From the NCBI GenBank assembly GCA_010909165.1, contig MU008164.1, positions 1,488,001 through 1,552,000 on the forward strand: DNA of 64,000 nt, in the 5' to 3' direction. Origin of the DNA: Anthoceros angustus. Its lineage: Eukaryota; Plantae; Anthocerotophyta. Positions 36,343 through 48,919 of this stretch are shown here, in pieces (position 1 is the first letter of the stretch; each line of letters opens with the position of its first letter). A program made the translations under genes and the position numbers. Under the pieces are notes generated by a model that searched no databases, was not told the origin of the DNA, and saw only the letters and a program-made list of their open reading frames with translations.

Positions 36343-39138
36343 CTAAGAGTCAGGGGATGAGTGCGAGCCGTTTCCAGCAGCATGATGCCCTGATGCTCCT
36401 GCTGTTGGTCTAGGGACTTGGCTTGTTGGTCTGGGTTGCTGAACCTTCCCACCTACAGCTCCTGATCCAGCTGACGGGTTAACGCTGGGTGCAGCCATAG
36501 TGGGCCTGGGGAGCAAGTTGGCATGAAAACCAGCAGCACGGGAACCACTGCTGCCTGAAATTGAAGCCCCCCGTTCTGCAGGTTGGCGAGCTTCTGAGCT
36601 GGAGCTAGCGAGGCCGGGTCTTGAAAGCGGTCCCTGAGCAGAAGCAGGTGTAGCAGCAGTTGCACTCGGAGCTCCACCCTCTTGATTCACTCCCAGAGAG
36701 TTTGAGGACTTCCCGTCCACTGAGTTTGCCGAATTAAGCTCTGTCAATGTTGAACTCGATGTACGGACAGAGAGCTCATCTGGTGGCTCCCCCATTTCAA
36801 CATCAGTCGTCTCTCCAGCTGGCTCACCTTGTCGCATTTCCACTTCCATGGGCTGTCAAGAACACAAATTGACAACTAGTGAACCCCTTGGTCTGACTTA
36901 ATATTCCACATTCAAGACTAGTGCACCACATTCATGGCCTCCTATTGGTAGTGCAGCCACTGCCATCAGGGTGCCTAATCCGGTGAATTGCCCAGGAGTT
37001 CACGGAACTCGTTCCAACCGATGCTCAGTTCTTCGAGCACACTCACCTCTTTAAGGTCTTCCGCTTCTTGGACTGGCCTCGCCTCTTCTCCGCGTCGATG
37101 CACACGTACCCGTTGCATACGTGATCCAGGATCTCGCTCTTCATCACACTCCTGCCAAAAGAGGACATGTGATTATAATATACAAAAAGCAGAGCTAGAA
37201 CGGAAGTAGATCACAATGCCCGTGCTAACCATAGCTGTTGTGTGTGTGATCTCTCGTTTGACTTTCACAGGAGTTTCTGCCCTCCCTATGGTAGCTCTGC
37301 AATTACAATTAACAGAAATGAGGTCGCCACTGGTTCACTTACTCAAAACCTATGGCTCTACTGAGACATACCACCTGAAGTCATACCTTGGCCGATATGA
37401 GTGATTTGCTTCTGAGTGAGCACTTCGGCGTTTTCGCTCAACCATATCATCATCCGAGTCCAATGCCGAACCATTCCCAAATTTGCCTTTGCCTCTGCTT
37501 TCCATGTCTGCAGTATCATCCTCATCCTACAAGTTTAAAAGGGCAACAACTTGTAAAATGCCCATTCCTGGACCAGTGAAGATGCGCCAGTTAAGATACT
37601 AAGAGCTTCAAACATGAGACTTTCAGACGTGATACCTCTTCGGACAACTCGTTGTCCGGGGGCCTCTCAGAAAACGGCACACTGGGTACGGCCCTCAATT
37701 GTGAAAGATTCTGAAGCAGGGCGGTTCTGTTCCAACCGAAAAGAAAATTCAACTCTCAAGGATGTCAACGGTGGCAGATAGAAGCACTGAAACCTGTCTA
37801 TTAACTCAAACAAGTCTTGAAGATTCTTGAAGATACATCATGGAGCAGATACCTGAGCTCGTCGAGCTGCTGTCTGGAGTTAAGATTTTCCATGCTACTG
37901 GCAGGTACATGGAGAGTGTAGTCTGGTCCAAAGTACTCGTAGTAAGAATTGTATGGCATTTTGTCTTCCAACTCCACACCCACAGCTACAGCTGTCTGTT
38001 CCCAACATAAACAACAGAACACTTGTCAATGATCTTCACAGCAAATAGGTGACCTAACTTAGCAAAAGTGGAAGCTTGTGGAAGCAGGATATTACCTCGT
38101 AACACCAGCACCTGGCAACATTCCTTATCGTGTAGCCACCACCCCCAACAAGTAGCAGTGGCACATTGAACGATCGCATGAACCGGACACATTCAGCATG
38201 CCCCTTGACTGATAGGTTGAAGCAACCCAGCCTGTCTTCAGACAGCGAGTCGGCTCCACACTGTAACACCACGGCCCCTGGACTGTACACTTCCATCACC
38301 TTCTGCATAATCGGTTTGAACAAAGACTGGTACGTGTCATCATCGATCCCGTCATTAAGAGGAACGTTCACTGCGTAATATTTCCCTGCCCCTTGCCCCA
38401 CGTCCCTGACGTCCCCTGTTCCAGGAAAGTAGTCTCCGAACTTGTGAAACGACACCGTCATGACACGGTCAGTGGTGTAGAAGGCCTCCTCCACTCCATC
38501 CCCATGGTGAATGTCGATATCAATATAGAGCACTCGCTGCAGACAAACAATCATGAGCCAAACCAGCGATCGCCACAACCGAACACCGCCTAACCAACCA
38601 AGCCTACCTGGTGATACTTGAGGAGCTCCAGAATAGCCAGCACAATATCATTCACATAGCAGAACCCCGACGCCTCGCACTTTTTTGCATGATGCAAACC
38701 TCCGGCCCAGTTCACAGCAATGTCAGCTTGCCCGCTATTCAGCTTTTTAGCGCCACCGACGGAGCCACCTGCATATATTTGGCAGAAAGAATACAGTCCG
38801 TCAAAGACCGGACAGTCGTCTCCGACATTGAACCGCTTGAGGTTTTTGACAAGCTCATGCTGCGTCTCCGGAGTGACTGTCCTGAGAAAATAGATGTAAT
38901 CATCCGCATGAAACCTGCAGAGGTCTTTATCCTGGGCCCGGTACGGCTTGACGACCTCCATCTTCTGGAGCAGCCCGTAGTTAGACAACAGGTCGTGAGC
39001 CATGCGGATCCGATGGGGCTTCATCGGATGCCCTTGACCGTAGTAGTAGTTGCCCACATCCGGGTCATAGTAGTAGGCAACTCTCCTGTGCTTCCCTTCG
39101 GGCCCCGCCGCCAAGGAATTTCCCGACCCGTCATTCAT
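36343..39138 (-). CDS. HDA19: Class I RPD3-type histone deacetylase, HDA19-like (multi-exon)
   Basis: Exons 39138-38608, 38536-38096, 37995-37853 and 37726-37636, then further exons to ~36343. Motifs [53 protein letters not shown] and [14 protein letters not shown]. The N-terminal [10 protein letters not shown] resembles HDA19. The 3' exons are less certain. Confidence 0.92.
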
Positions 39139-39392
39139 GCTGCTGCTGCCGCAATTCTGCCAACTCCTCCTGCAAACTTCCAGCTGCGCCAAATTCTGAC
39201 GCACCCACACGGTCACCTTCCCGACGCAAAGCGGAACTCGCTGCGCCGCCGGGTGCCGGCACCGGGAACAGGACTCTGCTTACAGCGCGCGCGAACAGAC
39301 ACTCCAAAACACACATACACATTGTTTGTAGACGAGTTCACCCATCTCTCTCCTTAACAAAAACTTAAATAGGCCATTGTCTCTCTACCAGA

Positions 39393-39421
39393 ACACACAC
39401 ACACACACACACACACACACA
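39393..39421. repeat. (CA)n microsatellite
   Basis: Direct reading. Confidence 0.95.
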
Positions 39422-39972
39422 TTCTCTCTCTACCAGAGGTTTTGTCCCATACCTAGCGTTCCCCGAGCTTGGAAAGTAAAAGTCCCGACGTTCTCATGAC
39501 ACATATATACAGGACGAGAGGCTGAACCCGAGATTGCTGTGACATGACATACATACACGGGACGAGAGGCTGAAGCCGGAGATGCTGTGAAAGCAACTGC
39601 CATTTATCGAACTCTTCACTCTATGTACAATTCGAGCTTATCTAAAAGAATCAAGTGCAACTTTGTCAGCCGCAAAGTTGCTGCTGTGATGCATTTTCGC
39701 AACAACACAACATCTGCTAACAGCTAAAAGACAGCCCGTTTCCAGGTCCAAGCCTGCAGTCCTGGACCATAGATGTTGTGAGGGTAACCTTACTGCAAAA
39801 CCTTAAAACAAACAGATGACGGACATCCTGTCATCAAAGCCGACTCAATAGAGTGACTTCAAGGGCCTACACCATGAATAACAGAACCGGAAGCGGCGGG
39901 ACGGGACACCACCGGGCGGAGGCAAAGGGTGCAAAGCCTGTACTCCGGAGCACGACTCCTGAATGCTTGACA

Positions 39973-40518
39973 TCAAGATATTTGCAGAGTTTTCCAAAGA
40001 CCGTCGTTGAGGTAGTGCATATTATCAACTCCAATGCCCTTGTTGATGCCCCGGATGTCCTTGGCTGACATCTTCGTGAATCCGATCGCCAGCGCGTGCT
40101 GCTTGCCTTCGGCCATGATGGCCACGGGAGTCTCAGCGTCCACTGTCTCGTCCAATTCGCCTCCGGGAGACGTCAAGCCCGGGCACATGATGTTCGCCCC
40201 GGCCAGCACGAACTTGATAGCGCCTCTGTCCACTCTCAGCTTCTTCATGATGTCGGGGTACTGATGCAGCAGGCGGAGCGTCGGCATGTAAGGACCGTCC
40301 CGCACGTTGAAGAAAAGAGGGACATTGTTCACCACAACCAGATTGAGATGGTTCTGGCACTTTGCCACAATGAGAGGCACCTTCTTCGGCAGCAGCTCAT
40401 CCAGAATCGGTTCCAGCTGCGGGTATTCCTCCGATATGCTAGACCTAATCCTGCGTTGCACCGACGCCTTCACCTGGTTCTGTGCCGTGATCTCTTCCGA
40501 GGTGAATTTCTTGAACAT
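39973..40518 (-). CDS. MCTS1: MCT-1/Tma20 translation reinitiation factor (pre-PUA plus PUA), intronless
   Basis: MFKKF..QNQVKASVQRRIR..PYMPTLRLLHQYP..VDRGAIKFVLAGANIMCPGLTS..KGIGVDNMHYLNDGLW, 181 aa. Confidence 0.96.
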   Translation of the reverse strand: MFKKFTSEEITAQNQVKASVQRRIRSSISEEYPQLEPILDELLPKKVPLIVAKCQNHLNLVVVNNVPLFFNVRDGPYMPTLRLLHQYPDIMKKLRVDRGAIKFVLAGANIMCPGLTSPGGELDETVDAETPVAIMAEGKQHALAIGFTKMSAKDIRGINKGIGVDNMHYLNDGLWKTLQIS

Positions 40519-40698
40519 TGTGGATACGCGTGTCCAGCGCTACCTGTGCTCCACAGATGCAGAGGAGGAAGGAACTAGCAGCCGGAAGCCTCCTCCCCAA
40601 CGAGCCCGTGTCTAGAGGAACTTGCTCTCAAAAAACTGAGTAAACCCTAGATGCGGGAGGGATTCAAGCATACGTCTATGCTTTTAATAGTTTAGGAT

Positions 40699-40950
40699 AG
40701 TTTTAATAATAGTTTTCATGGTTAGAAAACATTAAAAATTTATCCGCCCTCATATCTCATATCGTATTTTGGTTACTTCTCATATCAACCTGGGCTCACG
40801 TTATATCAACTGGGATTCACGACATAAGTTTTAATAATAGTTTTCATGGTTAGAAAACATAAAACCTTTATCCGCCCTCATATCTCATATCGTATTTTGG
40901 TTACCTCTCATATCAACCTGGGCTCATATCAACTGGGATCCATGACATAT
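40699..40950. repeat. ~128-bp tandem duplication
   Basis: agttttaataatagttttcatggttagaaaacat...tatccgccctcatatctcatatcg occurs at 40699 and 40827. Confidence 0.85.
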
Positions 40951-43301
40951 CATCCCGTTCAATCATAGAATAACACCTCTTATATTTTAATTTTAAGGCA
41001 AGTATATGTGCTTGCGAGTTGCGCATGTTCTACAGCTACCTTGCTCATGAATTGAAAGAGATGAATACATGCCCTATCCCAAAGAGACAGAAAAATCCCG
41101 AACCTGAAAGTTGGGTTGAAAGAGAAGCACTGGTTTTCCTCCCAAGTGCCACCTACCGTGTGGCACTTCAGAGGAAGACCCTAAAACATATCAATGCTTG
41201 AGACTTAAATTTGCTTGTTCCATTTATAATGTCTTCATCGACATAGACGAATATGAGAGATTTTTTGTCCAGTTCTTTTTCCTTTTTGAGAAGATGAGAA
41301 GACTCTACATACCGTGGCAGTGAGCTTCAAGGTTGTGTTGTTTAGTCGTTGGCGGTGATGAACTTTAACATTATCTTTCAAGTGTCAAGTGTGAACAAAC
41401 GTTCTTGGTGGTGATGGACTCTAATTAAGATCATCTTTCAAGTGTTAGGGGTGAACAAACATCCTTGGTGGTGATGGACTTTAAGATTATCTTTCAAGTG
41501 TTAGGTGTGAATAAACAAGTACATATGGAGTCAACAAAGTGGACTGTTGACAAGTCCATGGAAATCCTACATGACGAATGTGCCCCTTAATGTGAATATA
41601 CGGATTACAAAATAAGCTTGAATTTTAGTGTAAGCAAGGATCATATTATTCAAAAAAACCTAATAAGCTCAATGTTGGAGGAGGTATCAGCATTGGTTGA
41701 ACACACATTAATCTATAGTAAATTTGAAACATAAGAACATATTATTAAATTCTCGCTAGAATAAGTCTCCCTCACCCGAAAGACTTGCAGCCTCACAGTG
41801 GCTCTTCCGTCCTGATGACATGTCTGTACTGCGTTCGTACGAGACACTATAGGTGCCTGATTCCCGAAGTCTGAGTGGAGCTTGGACTGCGTGAGCACGA
41901 CTTGCACATGTTTATGATGCGTTTAGAGCCAGGAAGAACTCAAATTTCTGAACGTTGTTGTTTTTTATATGAAGAGATTTGGTGTTCACATCGCTAGTTT
42001 TACCAATTTGGTGTATCAGTTTGCTATGCCTAATGGATGTGGGATGAAGCATGAACAGCGGTATCAAATGGTGAAGCTTTTTGTGATTCTTTGTGTCCTA
42101 TCTCGTAAACCAGCCCAAGAAACCTGGATCCCCATAGCTTTGCTAATTCTTTCGATCAACATGCTAGATCCATCATTTGTTGGAATGAGACAAATGAGAG
42201 AACATGCGTTGGAACCCTCTATTTGGTGATGACAACTCTTATTTTTGCGGAATCTAACTACTTAGTTTGTGATCTCAAAGCTTAAAATTTGCTATTTTTT
42301 GGCCAAAAAATACCCCATAACGCACCATCGTTATGGGGTTAAGGAAAGACAATCTCACTCGGGATGTGATTCTTTTTTCCACTAAGCAGCGAACCCGCTC
42401 GGAATCCATGCATGATTTGGTAGGAACATTACAACAAAGTAGGAACATTACAACAAAGGATTTAAAAATTCCTAGGACGCGAAGAAATTACAGTGGTAAG
42501 ATGTACGCTCAAAGCCTTGACGGAGTACCGCGGGCCAAAGCCGTTCTGGGGTTAATACGGGAGTTATTCACGACCACACAATGACGGCCTTGCACCAAGC
42601 TACAGATGTCTGTGCAGAAATCCCCAACTACGTGTTGCTCCATCTCGTTACACTCCGCGCGCACGATGAATGAGCCTGCGTTGCGATAGGCAGGCACGAA
42701 CGGACTCGTCGGAGGCGATCAGTCCCAGCCTATAATCGGAGGCTAATCACCCCGGGCCCTATCATGCTAATCGGCCTGTCAGGGCTGATAGCCCCGGGCA
42801 GCATGGTTGCTTCGCTCTACTTCTGTTTCAGAATGCTTGAGGCGAAACAGCTTAGTATAAAATCAGAAAACTTGTACTGCAACCACTTCTGTACACCTAC
42901 TGTTTCCGTTCTTCGAAACCTGAGCACTTCTGTACACCTGCTGTTTCCGTTCCGAAGCTTTCGAAACCGAAACTAGCTTCATAGTTGGGCAACCCTGACA
43001 GCAGTTCACAGGAGACAAGACGCAGCGTGAAAGAGCAACTTCTATGTTCCAACGCTAAGTAGCATCTCCGCCAGATGGCTTCCACCTCACTTCCCCTGCT
43101 AACGAGAAAGGTTCAACCAATGGGTTGTGATAACCATGTTACAAAGAATGAGAGCACCACCTCCTGGTAGATGTTATGCACTCCGCATCAGATTCGGATT
43201 GATATCATCTTCTTGAGGAAGTTAAGCACAATGGCATGAGACTGACCATCATGTCTGAAGCGGCGGAAGTCCCAAATATTTGGGACAACGTTTTGGTCTG
43301 C

Positions 43302-45067
43302 TCAGGAGGCTGAGGTGTACATGTAGAAAGATTGCACCCCTTGAATGAGCTCTACAGCCTTGCCTGCGTACCAACAACCGTGCAGGTAAGTCCAAGGAAC
43401 GAAGAAAAGACAGACAGAAATAGAGCACTTGCGTCTGGAGACTTGCCTACGAGTCCACCTATCAACGGAGTTGGCTTTAAGATGTGCTCCACCGCTTGAA
43501 GAGGCCGCCTGCAAAATCAGTTGATGTCACAATTAATTAAGGAAGGAGGCCCCTACCGTGATCTCAAGGCCAGTGCCCACTGGTTGAAAGCCACCATATA
43601 AGGTTCGTGTGCAAGAGCAAAAGAGGCATACCTGGTGTACGTATTGAAGAAAGGGTCTCGCATTAAGTAAAAAGCCAACAATAGTTGTCTCCTCCTCAGC
43701 TGCAATTCACAAGACTTGGTGAACACTGACTGCGTGAAGGGAGGCAAACAGTCAGCAACTCAGGCTTTCACCCCTCACCTCCTTCTGCTCAGCGTCTGTC
43801 AACCGAGCAGGCCCACTCCATTTCAGATCAGAAGCATCGGCAGATCCCTGACCGCAAGGGTGTTGAGTATAGAGATGATGCAACAGGCTCACCCCCCCCA
43901 TTTCAATGGCAAGAGAAAAGATCCAAGGTCTCCAGGACTGGAGGCCATATCGCTTGATGAGTAGCACATACAGGAGTGGCCTTGCAATCAGCATCACCTC
44001 CGCCACCACGGACGCTGTGCCCCTCTTCGACCATCTCAAAGAGTATGGTTGGGCTACTCCGCCGTTCAGTGCAGCTGTGAGGGACAAACAGACAACAATG
44101 GATACATTGCATTCCAGCTGCATAGCTCACGCTTGCTGGACGAGGGCTGTCCAACAAACTGCAAACCAAACAGGTGACAGCTGGCCAAAGCACAAAACAG
44201 CCAAACAGAAATATAAGGTAACTGACCGCGGTGTTTCACAGGACGGCAAGTGGCGTGCTTAGAGTAAACCCAAGAGGGTCTACAACCTGCTGTGACACTT
44301 TTACCAAAATTTGACATAGCCTGCATAGCCGGTCCTTCCACCTTCCGGGGGTGAGACGGCTCACACGACTTCTCGTTGTTCTCAGTTGATCCACCGTCAA
44401 GAAGCATGTTATACCCGCTTCTATGCAATATAATCAGGCGCATCAAAGCCCTGAAAATGCCCATCCAACTCAACGTCAGCCACACTACACAGGCACCTAA
44501 CAAATTCCAGATACAAATAAACCAAATGCCTCACTTGACACCCTCAACTGTCGCCACTGCATTCCACTTCATATCCTTGCCCCCGTAGTGCTCAGACGCC
44601 ATCTCTACGAAAACCTCCACCTCCTTCATGAGCGAAATGAAAAACGGCCATGGTATTGCCGCCCTAGATTGCTGCACTCCAAGTAGTCCCCCCGCAGCCG
44701 GCGAACTTGAGGCTTCTTTTATAATATGGTCATTGGTGATGCTGAGCAGCCCCAGCAAAGTGGAGACTGCCAAGAAAACAAATACGTTACGCCACAGAAA
44801 CGTTCCACATCAAGCAAATCAGCAAGAAATCGGAACGCATCAAGTATTCGTCATTCACCAGCTTCCGGGGCAAGCTCAGAGCTGGAGACGCGCTCCGGGA
44901 GCAACCATGTCATTGTCTGCAAAAACAGAGCTCACATGTAAATCAGCCGGCCAGTAATCCACGGATTCATAATTGATGCCAATGAGGTGCCTCGATACAT
45001 TTGCAATTCTTTCGATGGAGCCAAGCCATTGGCGATTGCGGAGCACCCATGCTCGATACGCATCCAT
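43302..45067 (-). CDS. PEX16: Peroxisome biogenesis protein 16 (SSE1-like; multi-exon)
   Basis: MDAYRAWVLRNRQWLGSIERIAN; AVSTLLGLLSITNDHII; KEVEVFVEMASEHYGG..KW; EVMLIARPLLYVLLIKRYGLQSWRPW; LRRRQLLLAFYLMRDPFF; YMYTSAS*. Confidence 0.93.
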
Positions 45068-45399
45068 GCTACCGACGGCAACAATCCTACAGCGCTGCCA
45101 CCACGCGCGTAGCTTCAGCACCTAACGTGCCGCAGCTCATAGCTTTACCATGCAGCTGCCGCAGCTCGGCAGCATAGAGAGCTAGAGGTGGAAGGTTTTC
45201 CATATACTGCACGGAGGTGGACGAGATCAACGTGAGCAGACTTCACACACCACCTAATTAACTGCAAGCTTGGAATTTGGAATTTAGGTACACACCTAAG
45301 TAGTATTCATTGGGAAACTGGGACCCTTATCAATGTGCAGGGATCTTTCCTTTCTCCCCCGACATAGAATATGGGGATGACGAAATGAAATGTCCGCTC

Positions 45400-48180
45400 C
45401 GCTCCCATGGATAATTAATGGATATGGCATGCCGTTAGGGACATTTAGAAGTTTCACCCTTTATTATTTTTTTTGGTTGATGTCCTTCTTGACACTCCAA
45501 CGGGCTGTGTCCACCGACTTAAAATTCCAGCGTGGTGGACGCAGCTGGCTAGCGCACCAGCTCGGCAGGGTGACAGTGGTGTGAAACCAGGAGGAGGAGT
45601 TGTGGAGCAGGAGCTGGTTGTGACGTTGCTGATATGTAGCCATGACGATCCACGACGATGATGTTAGCTCAGGCTCGCAGCCCTTCGACTTGGAATACGA
45701 TCCACAGCTACCTTCTGGCCACTTTGAATCCTTCAGAAGCACTCCAAATCAGTTCCCGGAGACCACGGACGATCTTTTGGAGCCCGATGGCATGGACTCG
45801 CCCTTCACAACCACCAAGGGGTAACTTGGCTATCACCACTCTAAGCATTCTTAAAACGCCTTCGACGACGAGGCTGCTCAGCAACCTTCCTATATTTATT
45901 TCTTGTGATACCGACTTCAACAAAGGGCTCGACTTCTCCACCGACGAGCATTCTAATGGCAAGATCTTTCAAGCGTACGAGGGAGGCACGGCCTTTACAC
46001 CTTCGTGGAAGAGGACACGGGCAAGCTAGCCAACGATAGACCTATTTTGCCTCCTCCGTAGCAGATGCAGCTTGAAGAAGGTTTTGGTGTACCTTCAGTT
46101 GGAAGGCTGTGCCATGAGTGTGCTCGTCGGACCACATCAATAGGCTCAGCAGCCGATCGGGCCTTCGCGGCCCCCAATCATGAACTCCCGGTCACCACCC
46201 GGTCACTCTACCAAGCTGGCGCCCTATCTAGCTCCTTCCGCCACGCTGGAGTTTTAAGTCGGTGGACACAACAAGTTGAGTGTCGACCAATTGACATCAC
46301 AAAAAAAAAGGGGAGGGAGGAAAGAAGGGGAAGTGAAACTTCTGGATGTCCCCAATGGCATGCCATAAATAGACGAGTTCAACAGTTTGTGCATATCTAA
46401 GCCTTGCTCCTAAAAGTACTGGGGTAACTTCTGCTCCAACAAAGGCCTGTTCGTGCCCACATCTTCTCTTGCTTGGGGAAGGGAGCAGGCTCTTGGCTTC
46501 TGGCTCGACCTTGCATCCAGACGTTTCGAATCCCACTAGATTCTTTCTCTACTGCGATGAGGTTCCGCCTGGGTTTGGTGCACCCTCTAGCCTGTTTTCT
46601 CTCACCCTACAACTACGAGGCCCGTCTCAACGACTCAGGGTCAAACCTAGCTCGTTGTCCAATTGGAGAGCAACGTAGGTCATGCATGGCCCGTTCGACA
46701 TCATGTTCTTAATGGCCAAGGAGAGCGGTTATTTTCCATTCACGGAGCGTCGATATACCCTACACATTGGGGTGTCAGTTAGGCGATTTATTTCTTGTGA
46801 TACCGAGCTTCAACAAAGGGCTCGACTTCTCGACGAGCATTCTAATGGCAAGATCTTTCAAGCGTTTAGGGAGGCACGGCCTTTACACCTTCGTGGAAGA
46901 GGACACGGGCAAGCTAGCCAACGATAGACCTATTTTGCCTCCTCGTAGGATGGCTTGAAGAAGGTTTGGTGTACCTTGTTGGAAGGCAGCCATGAGTGTG
47001 CTCGTCGGACCACATCAATAGGCTCGGGAGCCCGATCGGGCCCCAATCATGAACTCCGGTCACCACCCGGTCACTCTACCTGCTGGCGCCCTATCTAGCT
47101 CCTTCCGCCACTGGAGTTTTAAGTCGGACACAACAAGTTGAGTGTCGACCAATTGACATCACAAAAAAGGGAGGGAGGAAAAGGGAAGTGAAACTTGGAT
47201 GTCCCCAATGGCATGCCATAAATGACGAGTTCAGCAGTTTGTGCATATCTAAGCCTTGCTCCTAAAAATCTTGGGGTAACCTCCAACAAAGGCTGCTGCG
47301 TCACATCTTCTCTTGCTTGGGGAAGGAGCAGTCTTGGCTCGGCTCGACCTTGCATCCAGACGTTTCGAATCCCACTAGATTCTTTCTCTACTGCGATGAG
47401 GTTCCGCCTGGGTTTGGTGCACCCTCTAGCCTGTTTTCTCTCACCCTACAACTACGAGGCCCGTCTCAACGACTCAGGGTCAAACCTAGCTCGTTGTCCA
47501 ATTGGAGAGCAACGTAAGGCTGTGCATGACGCCGTTCCCGACATCATGTTCTTAATGGCCAAGGAGAGCGGTTATTTTCCATTCACGGAGCGTCGATATA
47601 CCCTACACATTGGGGTGTCAGTTAGGGCAGATTTATTTCTGATCCGGGGGGACCAAATCTCTATTGCGGATGTCGTCGTAACGAACCCTACCTAGAACTC
47701 CGTTTGTTAGCATGTCATTATCAACCCTCCGGGATACGCGACGAAGGAATGCGCAATTGCCAAGGTACACAAGTACACACCTTTGCAGGATGACCACACC
47801 TTCATCCTTTTCGCCATTGAGACTTATGGGGTATGGGCAAGGATTTTTTTCGGCTCACTAACGATCGTGCTAAAGTCATCGAAATGGGTCTCCCTTTTTC
47901 CTAGGTAGTGGCTTTCTTTCGACAGCGAGTATCCACCGACTTGCAGAAGGCGTTGACCAATGCTATTTCCAGAACGGCAACGAGCGCAGGAGGCGTAGCA
48001 TCATTGGCATGAGTTGTAGGTAGGCCTTTCCTCATCTTGGACCATGACGTGATCGAGGTGGTAGGTAGCTTCGGGGTTGGCATTTGTGAGGGCTAGCCCC
48101 CCTAACTCTTGGCTCTTTAGTGGGTTGTCCCCCGTTGGTTCAGGGTAGATGGGTTTCCATCTCTTCTTTTAAATTAAGTC
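45400..48180 (+). mobile_element. Degenerate non-LTR retrotransposon with C-terminal restriction-like endonuclease (CRE-like), with an internal ~0.9-kb tandem duplication
   Basis: GAGSWLLARP..FSTAMRFRLGL, LARCPIG..HD zinc-finger remnant, RADL..IADVVV..KVHKY..F.LFAIETYGVW..RVS.DLQKA. Segment 45893-46790 is repeated at 46787-47640. Confidence 0.8.
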
Positions 48181-48494
48181 TTCATCGTTCTCTATCTGGA
48201 CATTTTTCCGAAGCATTAAAACTAGTACCTACTTAAACTGACCATGGGGGACTAGACTGGTCCTCAAAACTGGTGCCCCGCTCCCTAGGAATTGCCTGCA
48301 GGCGGAAATGCTAAGCATCGAGTTTGCCAGGGGGATACGAGGAACCTAATGGATGCAGTGCAAGGATGGGATGTGAGGAGCACCTGGTCTATGGAGAAGA
48401 GATCACGTGGAGACTGGTGGAACGTAGAACGCCTGTGGGTGAGGGGGTCAGATTGAGAATTTGCCGAGTTAGCTGAACCCATCCCTGGGTTTGG

Positions 48495-48780
48495 GAAAGG
48501 ATTCCATCCAATCCAGTTAAGTGTTATAGTACTTTGATCTCTTTGCTAGAATACCATCCAATCCAAGCAAGTGTTGAAGCAGTTGAATTCCTTGCTAGGA
48601 TTCCATCCAATCCAAGTAAGTGTTGTAGCACTTGATTTCCTTGCTAGGATTCCATCCAATCTAGACGAGTGTTGATCCATTCAGGTAGTAGTTGATTATT
48701 CGTCAGTTTTTATAGTGGCGCGGGGTTTGAGGCGCGATGGATGGTAGCGGCCTTTCTAGGATTCCATCCAATCCAGGTAT
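48495..48780. repeat. ~49-bp degenerate tandem repeat
   Basis: aggattccatccaatcca core at 48498, 48548, 48597, 48646 and 48758. Confidence 0.8.
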
Positions 48781-48919
48781 GAGTTGCACCAATTGATTGA
48801 TTTCTCGTCAATTTGTTACTTTGTACATGTATATCGCGGGGCTTGGCGGGTGTAGTCTGATAGGCTGTTGTATGATGTAAAGTATTTGATAACCATCATC
48901 CGACCTGATTCGTCTTAAT

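Noticed and set aside
38611-39357. 248-aa + strand ORF
   Set aside because: Antisense shadow of HDAC exon 1.
48495-48780. CRISPR-like repeat/spacer appearance (also 18005-18221 and 60170-60460)
   Set aside because: The spacers are homologous to each other, there are no cas genes, and the context is eukaryotic.
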